Positions 18,335 to 27,399 of a stretch of 64,000 bases of DNA are shown one piece after another. The notes under the pieces are model-generated. The model was given only the letters and a program-made list of their open reading frames with translations, made no database searches and was not told the DNA's origin. Origin of the DNA: Bacteroidia bacterium (GTDB taxonomy: Bacteria; Bacteroidota; Bacteroidia; Cytophagales; Cyclobacteriaceae); NCBI GenBank assembly GCA_030425425.1, contig JAUIAO010000027.1, forward strand, positions 722-64,721, given 5' to 3'. A program made the translations under genes and the position numbers. Position 1 is the stretch's first letter; the number at the start of each line of letters is the position of its first letter.

Positions 18335-18849
18335 CCTTCGAAGAAATCAAATCGATCATATCCGAAAAATTCCCAGACGCGATTTTGGGTGAAGACCTCA
18401 ATGCGACACCTCATGCTTTAATAATTGACAAGAAGTCAATTTTTGAAGTTTGTGAATTGCTCCATACACATGAGCACCTTTATTTTGATATGCTTTCCTG
18501 TTTGTCTGGTTTAGACAATGGCCCGGAAAATGGCACAATGGAAGTTGTTTACAACTTGTACAGTATTCCATTCAGTTTACACCTGATGCTGAAAGTAGAG
18601 CTGGATCGAAATCAACCAGAGATTGATTCTGTGGTAAGTATCTGGCGCACTGCCAACTGGCACGAGCGTGAAGCATTTGACATGTTCGGTATCAAGTTTG
18701 ACAACCATCCTGACCTGAGGAGGATTTTGTTGCCTCTAGATTGGGAAGGGTTTCCGCTTCAGAAAGATTACCAGGAGCAGGAAAAATATCATGGAATGAA
18801 TGTGATCTATGATAGAAGGGAAGAAGTAGAAAACTGGAAAGAGGGCTAG
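18331..18849 (+). CDS. nuoC: NADH-quinone oxidoreductase subunit C
   Basis: [33 protein letters not shown]. Confidence 0.95.
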   Translation: MTFEEIKSIISEKFPDAILGEDLNATPHALIIDKKSIFEVCELLHTHEHLYFDMLSCLSGLDNGPENGTMEVVYNLYSIPFSLHLMLKVELDRNQPEIDSVVSIWRTANWHEREAFDMFGIKFDNHPDLRRILLPLDWEGFPLQKDYQEQEKYHGMNVIYDRREEVENWKEG

Positions 18850-18852
18850 AGT

Positions 18853-18880
18853 AATTGAGAATTGAGAATGGAAAATCAAG
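18853..18880. repeat. Left heptamer array of the four-helix-bundle insert
   Basis: AATTGAG AATTGAG AATGGAA AATCAAG, starting 4 nt after the nuoC stop. Confidence 0.65.
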
Positions 18881-18936
18881 GAGGTGTAAGGAATAAAATT
18901 CTTATTTTGGGATTTTATAATCAAAACAATTGTAAC

Positions 18937-19293
18937 ATGGAAAACAAACGAAACCCTCTATTGGACAAATCTTATCAATTCTCATTGCTAATACTTGAAT
19001 TTTGCTATTCTCTGCAAGACAACTATAAGGAATACATTTTATCAAAACAGTTGCTGAGAAGTGGTACCGCTATTGGTGCGCTTTCTGAGGAGGCTCAGCA
19101 GGCAGAATCAAAAGCTGATTTTATTCATAAATTGGCGATTGCTAATAAAGAAGCTCATGAATCACATTATTGGTTACGATTGCTTCGAGATAGTCAGAGA
19201 TTTAACATTGAAACTGAATCTTTACTAACTCAAAGTGAAGAACTAAAAAGGTTATTGATTTCAATAATTAAGTCTTCAAAAAAACAGAAATAA
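18937..19293 (+). CDS. Four helix bundle protein (23S rRNA-IVP/Avd-like family)
   Basis: DKSYQFSL.I, KQLLRSGTAIGA..EEAQ.AES..DFIHKL.IA.KEA.E..YWL.LL; ATG 18937 preferred. Confidence 0.93.
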   Translation: MENKRNPLLDKSYQFSLLILEFCYSLQDNYKEYILSKQLLRSGTAIGALSEEAQQAESKADFIHKLAIANKEAHESHYWLRLLRDSQRFNIETESLLTQSEELKRLLISIIKSSKKQK

Positions 19294-19336
19294 CGTTGGA
19301 TTTATAGGTGCTGATCTATTCCATAATTAATCGGCA

Positions 19337-19371
19337 TCTAATTTTCAATTCTTCAATATCAATTTTCAATT
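19337..19371. repeat. Right heptamer array, inverted relative to the left array
   Basis: TCTAATT TTCAATT CTTCAAT ATCAATT TTCAATT, ending at the probable nuoD TTG start. Confidence 0.65.
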
Positions 19372-20582
19372 TGAAACAACAATACAAATATCACCCGGAT
19401 CACCTCAAAAACTCTGAGCCTACCGTCTATCAAGAGGAGCAGCTGAAGAGTGAGGAAATGCTCATCAATATGGGGCCGCAACACCCGTCTACACATGGCG
19501 TACTCAGGTTGGAAGTGATCACCGATGGTGAGATTGTCAAAGATGTCATTCCTCATTTGGGGTATTTGCACCGATGTTTTGAAAAGCACGCTGAGTCACT
19601 TTCTTACAATCAGGTTTTGCCCTATGTGGATCGCATGGATTACCTGGCTGCTATCAATTCTGAGCATGCCTTTGCCATGGGAGTTGAGCGAATGCTGGGC
19701 ATTGAGGAGCAGATTCCCAAAAGAGTAGAATACATACGAGTACTTTTAGCAGAGCTTAATCGCCTTGCTTCACATTTCGTGGCTATTGGTACGTATGGAA
19801 TCGACATAGGGGCTTTCACGCCTTTTCTCTGGATGATGCGTGATCGAGAGCATATTCTACGATTGCTGGAGTGGGCCTCTGGTGCCCGGATGCTTTACAA
19901 TTATATCTGGATAGGCGGATTGTTTTTTGATGTGCCGGTTGGCTTTGAAGAACGATGCAAGAGTTTTTCCAATTATCTTAAGCCAAAGCTAAAAGACCTG
20001 GAAAATCTACTGATCTCCAATAAAATATTCATAGACAGAACCGCGAATGTTGGTGTGTTGCCAATGGATCTGGCCATCAACTATGGAGTTACCGGACCAA
20101 TGCTGCGGGGCTCAGGTTTGAAATTGGATCTAAGAAAAGTAGATGGATACAGTGTGTATCCGGAGCTCGATTTTGACGTGCCAATTGGTGAAGGAAAAAT
20201 GGGCGTGGTTGGAGACTGCTGGGATAGAACATGGGTGCGTTACCGGGAATGCGAAGAATCCATCAAAATCATTGATCAGTGTCTGGAGCGATTGACTGGT
20301 GATTTGAAAAGAGATAAAGAGTTTGATCCAAGAGCTGCTGTTCCTAAGAAAATTCGTCCTAAGGCTCAAGACTTCTATGTTCGTTCGGAGAATCCAAAAG
20401 GTGAATTGGGTTACTTCTTCAGAGCAGACGGTAAATCTGACAAGCCATTTAGGGTGAAATCCAGAGGACCCAGTTTTGTCAATTTATCCGTACTACCAGA
20501 AATAAGCAAAGGCTACATGCTAGCAGATTTGGTGGCTATTATGGGTTCTTTGGACGTAGTAATGGGCGAAGTAGACCGATAA
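19371..20582 (+). CDS. nuoD: NADH-quinone oxidoreductase subunit D
   Basis: [45 protein letters not shown]; the ORF-track start runs through the repeat, so TTG 19371 is used. Confidence 0.95.
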   Translation: MKQQYKYHPDHLKNSEPTVYQEEQLKSEEMLINMGPQHPSTHGVLRLEVITDGEIVKDVIPHLGYLHRCFEKHAESLSYNQVLPYVDRMDYLAAINSEHAFAMGVERMLGIEEQIPKRVEYIRVLLAELNRLASHFVAIGTYGIDIGAFTPFLWMMRDREHILRLLEWASGARMLYNYIWIGGLFFDVPVGFEERCKSFSNYLKPKLKDLENLLISNKIFIDRTANVGVLPMDLAINYGVTGPMLRGSGLKLDLRKVDGYSVYPELDFDVPIGEGKMGVVGDCWDRTWVRYRECEESIKIIDQCLERLTGDLKRDKEFDPRAAVPKKIRPKAQDFYVRSENPKGELGYFFRADGKSDKPFRVKSRGPSFVNLSVLPEISKGYMLADLVAIMGSLDVVMGEVDR

Positions 20583-20652
20583 TTTTTTTCGAGCCTTACA
20601 GCGTTTCACTAAATTCTCCAGTCTATGTTATATGTTGAAAGCAAAGAACTGG

Positions 20653-21945
20653 ATGAAGCGAATCTTTTACATTCTACTATTTGGAGGTTTATTAGTTTCC
20701 TGTGACTCTTTTCAAGAGGATGTAGAGCCGGTGAATGATGATGTTTTGGTGATAAAGGATGCCATGCGCACCGTGCCAAATACTCCTCTATATATTGATT
20801 TGAAACGTGATATCAGATCATCACAGGCTGTGAGATTCGGTATCGAAAAGCTCCCGGATAAAGGGATAGTGGCTATTTATTCGAATGCGATTCTGGAATA
20901 TAAACCGCACCAAACCTTCACTTCGGGGAGTGATTTTTTTGCGTTGAGTCTGGAGGATGAAAGTGGACAAACTCTTGACATTGATAGTATGTATATCTCG
21001 ATGGGATCAGCTGATGAAGGTAATTTGGATCACGCCTGGAGTTCATGTGAAAGAACGGCCCTCTCAGATTTTTATCAGACTACTGTCAATGAAGAGGTTA
21101 GCATTTTTCCTTTGGAAAATGATGGATTCTGTGATAGCTCGTATCAGTCATTTGAAGTGAGTATCCTGGAAGAACCCAAAAACGGAACGCTATCAAAAGT
21201 ATTTTCTCAATTTGAGAATTATTCTTACACCTATCAGCCGGAAATAGATTTTATTGGGGAGGATGAATTCATGTATGATGTCACATATATTGATTCTCTC
21301 GGGAATGAGCAATATTCTTTAGCTAAAGTGTTCATTACAATAAGTGACAGTGTCATACAATCCTGTGACTCTGCAGTTTATCCATTTTATTATGTGATAA
21401 CGGATTCTCTGGATCATGTTGATTTTATGCCTTTCGATCCAATGGCAGATTGTCCAATTTCAGATTGGACCGTAGAAATCGAAGCAGTGGCTAGTGGTGA
21501 TGTAGAAATTCTGGAAAGTGGCCTGATTCGTTATTATCCGGGATATGAAGATATTGACTCAATTAATTATCAGGTTACATTTTTAGAAACGACCTATCGA
21601 AATACCATTACTATTTTTCTGGAAAATGTGGTCAGGGACTCCACTTTTTGCACGAATGCTGAGGATGATTGGTATTATTTGAATGTGCTTGACTCTATAG
21701 GGCGGTCAGATAACCCATTTTTCCTGGATATTCTGACAAATGACATGATCTGCAGTGACGATGATGTGATCGTTTCACTGTTGACCGAACCGGATGTCGG
21801 AGATGCGTATCTGGACTCAGCTAATCAAATGGTCTATTACGTTGATCAGGAATTTGCCGGGGTAAGGGAGTTTGACATGCTTTACGAAATCTGTGGACCT
21901 GATCTATGTGATTCGGCATTTATCCATTTAACAATAGAGCAATAG
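20653..21945 (+). CDS. Surface lipoprotein with repeated Ig/cadherin-like domains
   Basis: Lipobox LVSC followed by acidic DSFQEDVEP; P.NGTL...Y.Y.P...F.G.D.F.Y repeats; paired Cys. Confidence 0.75.
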   Translation: MKRIFYILLFGGLLVSCDSFQEDVEPVNDDVLVIKDAMRTVPNTPLYIDLKRDIRSSQAVRFGIEKLPDKGIVAIYSNAILEYKPHQTFTSGSDFFALSLEDESGQTLDIDSMYISMGSADEGNLDHAWSSCERTALSDFYQTTVNEEVSIFPLENDGFCDSSYQSFEVSILEEPKNGTLSKVFSQFENYSYTYQPEIDFIGEDEFMYDVTYIDSLGNEQYSLAKVFITISDSVIQSCDSAVYPFYYVITDSLDHVDFMPFDPMADCPISDWTVEIEAVASGDVEILESGLIRYYPGYEDIDSINYQVTFLETTYRNTITIFLENVVRDSTFCTNAEDDWYYLNVLDSIGRSDNPFFLDILTNDMICSDDDVIVSLLTEPDVGDAYLDSANQMVYYVDQEFAGVREFDMLYEICGPDLCDSAFIHLTIEQ

Positions 21946-21985
21946 TGACTGGTCGGTATTTCTGCCTGATTAGTTAAAAAATGAT

Positions 21986-22528
21986 TTGAGTCGCCTGATA
22001 AAAAATATTGCCAAAGGAAACCGACGAGCACAAAGTCGGTTTTATGACGAGTACAGCCCGTTGATTATGGGGGTTTGTATGCGTTACCTGAAAGATCCTG
22101 ACCGTGCGGCAGACGCATTTCAGGATGCCTTTGTTAAAATTTTTAACCACATCGAAAAAGTGCGGGATGAAAAGGCGCTATTAGGATGGATGAAAAGAAT
22201 CGCTGTAAATACGGCGTTGGATCATATAAAAATGATTCGCTATGATGCAGACATAGAGGACAAAGGTCATGAACTCAGCGATCAGTTTTATGGAGATTTG
22301 TTAGATAGACTGTCCGTGGAGGTAGTTTTAGATGCAGTGAATCGATTATCTGAAGGATATAGGATTGTGTTCAACATGCATGTGGTAGATGGATACAGTC
22401 ACGAAGAAATTGCCGAGCAATTGAACATTTCGGTTGGGACGAGCAGGTCACAGCTTTTTCACGCCAAGCGTGTATTAAAACAGTATTTGAATGAATTAGG
22501 AATAACCAGGTATGAGCAAGTCATTTGA
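21986..22528 (+). CDS. ECF sigma-70 factor
   Basis: DAFQDAFVKIF, WMKRIAVNTALD, YRIVFN..VVDGYSHEEIA..L.IS.GTSRSQL. Confidence 0.93.
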   Translation: MSRLIKNIAKGNRRAQSRFYDEYSPLIMGVCMRYLKDPDRAADAFQDAFVKIFNHIEKVRDEKALLGWMKRIAVNTALDHIKMIRYDADIEDKGHELSDQFYGDLLDRLSVEVVLDAVNRLSEGYRIVFNMHVVDGYSHEEIAEQLNISVGTSRSQLFHAKRVLKQYLNELGITRYEQVI

Positions 22529-23651
22529 CGATAAGATAAAAGAGAAACTTTCCGGTTATGAAGTGGCGCCTCCTGCTGATGCCAAGAATGCAATTATTGG
22601 TAGCGGTGGAGGAATATCTCTATGGTCAACTCTTTATCAGGTAACTGGTACTCTACTACTTGTATTGGCATTCTATATGTTTGGATATCAGCATGGGGCA
22701 AAAGATCAAAACGTCGCTTCGAAGGAAGTAAATCGGATCATTATCGACAAACCTGTAGAAGACCTCAATCAATTACCAATTGATATTCCTGCCAAGCCAC
22801 AAGTATTTTCAATAGAGAAAAATGTTAAACCAGTTTTGAATACTGAGGAGGAAATCCTGCCTTTGGTTACAGACAATGAAAATGAACAGCTATTATCAGA
22901 TTTTGCCACCCGAGACATAGACCCAATTGGATTCACTCTTTCAAATGTGACTCCAAAGCGGCATTTGAGACCGGCTTATTTCACGCGAATAAAGGAGGTT
23001 GTTCCAAAGCATGATAAATACTTCAATCCTTATTTCGATGCTGGAGCTTTCTTTTTATACAATCGGCTCGTGCCAAACCTTAATGACGAGATATACGTGG
23101 GCAACTATGAAGCACCATTCAGTCTGTCAGCTGCAAGATTAGGAGCATCGCTAGTTGCTGGTTTGGAGAGGAATTGGTCAGAAAAATTGAGTACCCGATT
23201 AGGCTTGGTTTTCAATAACTATAATCAGCATTTTTCATTTACAGTCCGCCATACGAAACCGGATTCCGTGGTGGTGACCTCTGATTTAATTCAGCCGATA
23301 TTTAATGAACAGAATATTCAGATCCGAAAACGAATATCTACTCTCGGTTTAAGACTTCAGAATACGTGGGCCTTCCCTACCAAATACAATTCAATTTATT
23401 TATCTGCTGAATATCATCGAAGAATTGGAAAAGGTGCTGAGTTTCAATTTGATGGTAATACGCATTCACTTTCTCCTGCAGACATGTGGATGATGGAATT
23501 TGGGCTCAGAAAACAACTGATGAGTTTTAAAAACGGTGATTTATATGTGATCCCAGGAATCCGATATTCTGTCTCGAAAATCAAAGAACAGGGGATTCTG
23601 AATGTCAAACCTTTCAGCGCCGGAGTTTCTGTTTCATATACCCTGAAATGA
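22512..23651 (+). CDS. Anti-sigma-like protein with TM and C-terminal beta-barrel-like domain
   Basis: FDDKIKEKL..YE..PP N-terminus, TM segment, amphipathic strands ending GVSVSYTLK; overlaps the sigma gene. Confidence 0.65.
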   Translation: MSKSFDDKIKEKLSGYEVAPPADAKNAIIGSGGGISLWSTLYQVTGTLLLVLAFYMFGYQHGAKDQNVASKEVNRIIIDKPVEDLNQLPIDIPAKPQVFSIEKNVKPVLNTEEEILPLVTDNENEQLLSDFATRDIDPIGFTLSNVTPKRHLRPAYFTRIKEVVPKHDKYFNPYFDAGAFFLYNRLVPNLNDEIYVGNYEAPFSLSAARLGASLVAGLERNWSEKLSTRLGLVFNNYNQHFSFTVRHTKPDSVVVTSDLIQPIFNEQNIQIRKRISTLGLRLQNTWAFPTKYNSIYLSAEYHRRIGKGAEFQFDGNTHSLSPADMWMMEFGLRKQLMSFKNGDLYVIPGIRYSVSKIKEQGILNVKPFSAGVSVSYTLK

Positions 23652-23678
23652 TGTTTTTCTTGAGTAGATTAGGGATAT

Positions 23679-25184
23679 ATGATTCCCATTCTAAACTCAA
23701 ACCAAACAAGGGCAGCGGACGCCTACACTATTAAGAATGAACCCATCAAATCTATTGATTTGATGGAACGTGCATCTCGTGCTTTTTTCGTGAAATTTCT
23801 TGATTTGATATCTCCAGAGAAAGAAATTATTGTTTTTGCAGGTGTGGGAAACAATGGGGGAGACGCTCTGGCAGTGTCACGGATGTTATTGGAAAAGGGT
23901 AAATCGGTGAGCATCTATACCATTGGCAATAAAGAAAAAGCTTCAGACGATTTCCAGACAAACTTCGATCGACTAACTACTTTGACTATTATCAGACATC
24001 TGGAAAAACAGTTTGATTTTCCTGAAATGAATGAAAACCACGTAATTATTGATGGCATCTTTGGTTCAGGACTTACAAGACCTGTCACGGGCTTGTTTGG
24101 GAAATTGATACAGACTGTCAACCGATCAGGTGCAAAAGTTTGTGCATTGGATATTCCTTCAGGGTTATTCTCAGACTCGTTAAACTTAGAAGGAGAGATT
24201 GTTCGAGCAAACTTTACGATTACTTTTCAGACTCCTAAATTATCCTATTTCCAGCCGCAAGTCGCTCCGTATGTTGGTGATTGGCATGTGGTTGATATTG
24301 GGTTGAATAAAGAATTTATAATCGAGACGAATACCGACTGTTTTTATACAGAAATATTAGACATTCATTATCCCAAGCGATCTAAATTCATGCATAAAGG
24401 AGATGCCGGTAGGGTATTGCTGGTTTCCGGAAGTAAAGGGAAAATGGGCTCAACCACACTGTGTGCAAGAGCCGCTATCAGATCGGGAGTCGGGCTTCTT
24501 TTTGTTCATGCGCCGGTTTGTGGGTTAGACATTCTGCAGATTAGTGTACCGGAGGCTATGGTGGAAGTAGATGAGCATACTGAAGTGATTTCGGAGGTTT
24601 TGCCGGGAGATGACATCAATGTAATTGCCATCGGTCCAGGTATTGGAACTGGTGAGTTGACTCAAAAGGCGATCTCTGATTTAATATTGAAGTTCGATCA
24701 GCCGTTGGTTGTAGATGCTGACGGCATCAATATCATTTCGAAAAATCGAAATCTATTGAAAGCACTACCTCCAGAAAGCATACTGACTCCTCATCCGGGT
24801 GAATTTAAAAGACTGGTAGGAGAATGGGAGAATGATTTCGAAAAGCTGGAAAAGTTAAAAAGTTTCTGCCAGGAGTATCGATTAAATGTGGTTTTGAAAG
24901 GAGCGTATTCTGCGGTTTGTAATTCGGAAGGTAAAATTTATTTCAATTCCACAGGAAACCCGGGAATGGCCACAGGAGGGAGTGGAGATGTGCTTACCGG
25001 AATCATCGCTGCTTTACTAGCTCAGGGTATGAAACCATTCATTGCTTTGAAGTCAGCCGTTTACATTCATGGATATGCAGCAGATATGGCAGCCGTTGAA
25101 AAAGGAGAAGTTTCACTGATTCCTTCTGATGTCATAGAATATTTGCCAAAGGCGTTCTCAATGCTGAGAACCGCTAAGAATTAA
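23679..25184 (+). CDS. nnr: Bifunctional NAD(P)H-hydrate epimerase/dehydratase
   Basis: LMERA, G.GNNGGD, D.IFG.G, DIPSG, HKGDAG, LTPHPGEF, TGGSGDVL. Confidence 0.95.
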   Translation: MIPILNSNQTRAADAYTIKNEPIKSIDLMERASRAFFVKFLDLISPEKEIIVFAGVGNNGGDALAVSRMLLEKGKSVSIYTIGNKEKASDDFQTNFDRLTTLTIIRHLEKQFDFPEMNENHVIIDGIFGSGLTRPVTGLFGKLIQTVNRSGAKVCALDIPSGLFSDSLNLEGEIVRANFTITFQTPKLSYFQPQVAPYVGDWHVVDIGLNKEFIIETNTDCFYTEILDIHYPKRSKFMHKGDAGRVLLVSGSKGKMGSTTLCARAAIRSGVGLLFVHAPVCGLDILQISVPEAMVEVDEHTEVISEVLPGDDINVIAIGPGIGTGELTQKAISDLILKFDQPLVVDADGINIISKNRNLLKALPPESILTPHPGEFKRLVGEWENDFEKLEKLKSFCQEYRLNVVLKGAYSAVCNSEGKIYFNSTGNPGMATGGSGDVLTGIIAALLAQGMKPFIALKSAVYIHGYAADMAAVEKGEVSLIPSDVIEYLPKAFSMLRTAKN

Positions 25185-25296
25185 GGATGAATCCTCCCAA
25201 AATTTGTTAATTTGACCTCATATTTCGGCTTTACACAAAAAAAACCTTGTCTCTATTCGAACATTGGCTCTTTTTTTCCGTAATTTGTAATTAATC

Positions 25297-25671
25297 ATGC
25301 GCAATAAACTATTCGCCATATCGTTTGCTCTCTTCTTATCTGTGACTGCCTGGTCTCAGACGAGCGATACGAACTTTGTTCGGACAGAGAATAGTTTCCC
25401 TAATCAGGCCATTGAGTTGACCAACAAAATCGAGATTTATCCTAACCCTGCGGTGGAGTATGTTACTGTGAAAATTAACAATTCCAACTTAGAGCATACG
25501 GAGATTGAAATGCGCAGCATCATTGGGAATGAGATTCGGGTGAAGGTTGAGAAAATCAGCGAAAACGAATACAAAATTCCGGTTAAGGATTTTGCTACTG
25601 GATATTATTTCGTGATTGTGAAAGACGAAGTAGTGAGATTTAAGAAAGCCTATCGATTTTTGAAAGATTAA
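25297..25671 (+). CDS. T9SS type A C-terminal sorting domain protein with essentially no passenger domain
   Basis: Signal peptide, ~25-aa linker, IYPNP...V.V.I...G.Y.V CTD making up the rest. Confidence 0.85.
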   Translation: MRNKLFAISFALFLSVTAWSQTSDTNFVRTENSFPNQAIELTNKIEIYPNPAVEYVTVKINNSNLEHTEIEMRSIIGNEIRVKVEKISENEYKIPVKDFATGYYFVIVKDEVVRFKKAYRFLKD

Positions 25672-25696
25672 TAAAAGAAGACTTTTAAAGCATATG

Positions 25697-25722
25697 TGCT
25701 CACTGAGAAGTGAGCATTTTTT
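25697..25722 (+). terminator. Intrinsic terminator
   Basis: TGCTCACT-gaga-AGTGAGCA-TTTTTT. Confidence 0.85.
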
Positions 25723-25828
25723 GTTTGAGGGTATTGGACGATTCCTTGAATTGAATTCAAAGCGATTTTGAAACTTTCTTTATCAAAACAGCCAAACGTA
25801 AATAGAAAAACACGGTTTATTTCACCAT

Positions 25829-26221
25829 TTACAGTGTCAGTAAATCGATCTGAAAATCAAATATCTCAACCATGTAGTGTGCTAGTTCATTAATCTCTTC
25901 CTGTCCGTCTATCAAAAACCAGCTTACAGAAATGTCTTTGCCTTGTTTCCACCTCCTATTGAGAGTGTTGAATATATCTACCAATATCTTGACTAAATAA
26001 GTGTCGAACACATGAATAGAAATATGTACATGTAGCCTATCATGATTTTCCAGATGTTTGTTGATACACTTAGTGGCCTCAACATAGGTATTGAGGATTT
26101 CCTTAGAAAAATCCGAGAGGTATATTTTCACTACACCACAATGAAGGTCGTAACTCAAAAATTCATCTGATGGCTCAACTGGATTGAGGAGTATGGTGTT
26201 GATTTGATTATTTCGGTTCAT
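25829..26221 (-). CDS. SiaC-like (DUF1987) protein, copy A
   Basis: LHVHISIHVFDTYLVKILVDIF..L...ISVSWF...EE..E......E..DF.I; aligns to the SiaC YLNTSS..MDI...V.W pattern. Confidence 0.7.
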   Translation of the reverse strand: MNRNNQINTILLNPVEPSDEFLSYDLHCGVVKIYLSDFSKEILNTYVEATKCINKHLENHDRLHVHISIHVFDTYLVKILVDIFNTLNRRWKQGKDISVSWFLIDGQEEINELAHYMVEIFDFQIDLLTL

Positions 26222-26225
26222 TTTG

Positions 26226-26690
26226 TCAGATCGTAATTTTTATGCCAGAAAGAAGTGTGGGTCTAAAAGCACGCACTCCCAAACCACCGGATAGTTGGAC
26301 TTTTCTGAATATTTGATAATCTCCCATTACTGAAGGTGTAATCACAAAATTTTCACCATTGGATACTCCGGTTCTGATTTTGAAACAAAGTGTCAAAAGC
26401 CTGTTTTGAAGCATCTCATAATTCATGTATAGGCCAGTGAAATCTTTCTCATAATCTGTAGGGCCAGCATGATCTCCATCCAGCATCGTCATACTTCTTT
26501 GTTGAAAAGCACCGAGTTCCACAGGACTTTCATGAAATTGATATCCAATACTGTAACCCAGTTTTGGGGAAATCTGAGTCTGCTCGAGGTATGTGGAGGT
26601 AACTACAGTCTGACCGTATGCGGTCTGGGTGGATAATAATATGGTGATGATGATAGCTATTTTCAGGAGGAAATCATTTTCAGCTTTCAT
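26226..26690 (-). CDS. Small secreted beta-strand-rich protein (putative small OM beta-barrel), copy A
   Basis: Signal peptide ending AYG-Q; alternating hydrophobic strands; ends GIKITI; ATG 26690 chosen by homology to copy B. Confidence 0.7.
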   Translation of the reverse strand: MKAENDFLLKIAIIITILLSTQTAYGQTVVTSTYLEQTQISPKLGYSIGYQFHESPVELGAFQQRSMTMLDGDHAGPTDYEKDFTGLYMNYEMLQNRLLTLCFKIRTGVSNGENFVITPSVMGDYQIFRKVQLSGGLGVRAFRPTLLSGIKITI

Positions 26691-26708
26691 GACTTTGTGA
26701 TTTGATAT

Positions 26709-26750
26709 AATACAAATGTCCGCATGAATCATAGCTTATATAAGAGAGAT
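26709..26750 (-). promoter_or_regulatory. Conserved upstream motif of module A
   Basis: Minus strand ATCTCTCTTATATAAG-N14-GACATTTGTATT; repeated upstream of module B. Confidence 0.65.
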
Positions 26751-26868
26751 TTTCCAATTCCTAAAAAGCACAGATTTAACTACTGATGTGATGAAAAGAC
26801 GTGGAGAATATGCTTAAGTATTACACCTATTATAATCCTGTGAAATGCCTAGAGGTCATGTTATAAAC

Positions 26869-26902
26869 AAAAAAATAGGGCTGCCTTGCATAAGACAGCC
26901 CT
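26869..26902 (-). terminator. Intrinsic terminator after SiaC-like copy B
   Basis: Minus strand AGGGCTGTCTT-atgc-AAGGCAGCCCT-ATTTTTTT. Confidence 0.85.
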
Positions 26903-26935
26903 TCCCAATAATCAAAAAACAAAGTCATTAATTTC

Positions 26936-27355
26936 TTATCCCGGGATGATATCTACAGGAAAATCAAATAATTCTGAAAAGTCATAGGCCAGATCAAAAA
27001 CTTCATCATCATCCCAAGGTGTAATCCAGCTTACACTCACTTCTTTACCGACTTTCCATTTATGATTTAGCGCGTTGAATATATTCATCAGACCTTTGAT
27101 GCTGCTCGCATTGTACTTGATCAGGGAAATATGAACGTGCAGAGATTCCTTTGATTGCAAATGGTATTTGATCACTTGCGTAGCTTTGAAATAGGTGGCT
27201 ACTGACAAAGGTTCAAGGTGACTTGAAGAGATATTGAGCACTTCATTGCGCTTATCATATTTCAAAGTGGAAACTTTTTTCTTTGCTGGGGCAGAGTAAT
27301 TAATAGCCAAAAGGTTATCGTTATTTGTTGTTTGGTTTATTACTTGAGTATTCAT
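26936..27355 (-). CDS. SiaC-like (DUF1987) protein, copy B
   Basis: KYNASSIKGLMNIFNAL...VSVSW...DDDEVFDLAYDFSELFDFPVDII, close to the SiaC pattern YLNTSSIKAMMDI. Confidence 0.8.
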   Translation of the reverse strand: MNTQVINQTTNNDNLLAINYSAPAKKKVSTLKYDKRNEVLNISSSHLEPLSVATYFKATQVIKYHLQSKESLHVHISLIKYNASSIKGLMNIFNALNHKWKVGKEVSVSWITPWDDDEVFDLAYDFSELFDFPVDIIPG

Positions 27356-27399
27356 AATTCGACTGTCATTAAATTCTAAGGATGATCATTAAATGCTGA

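Noticed and set aside
18862-19370. Diversity-generating retroelement (Avd-like gene); longer ORF-track starts at 18862 and 19308
   Set aside because: No reverse transcriptase or TR/VR pair is present. The extended starts only translate the heptamer arrays.
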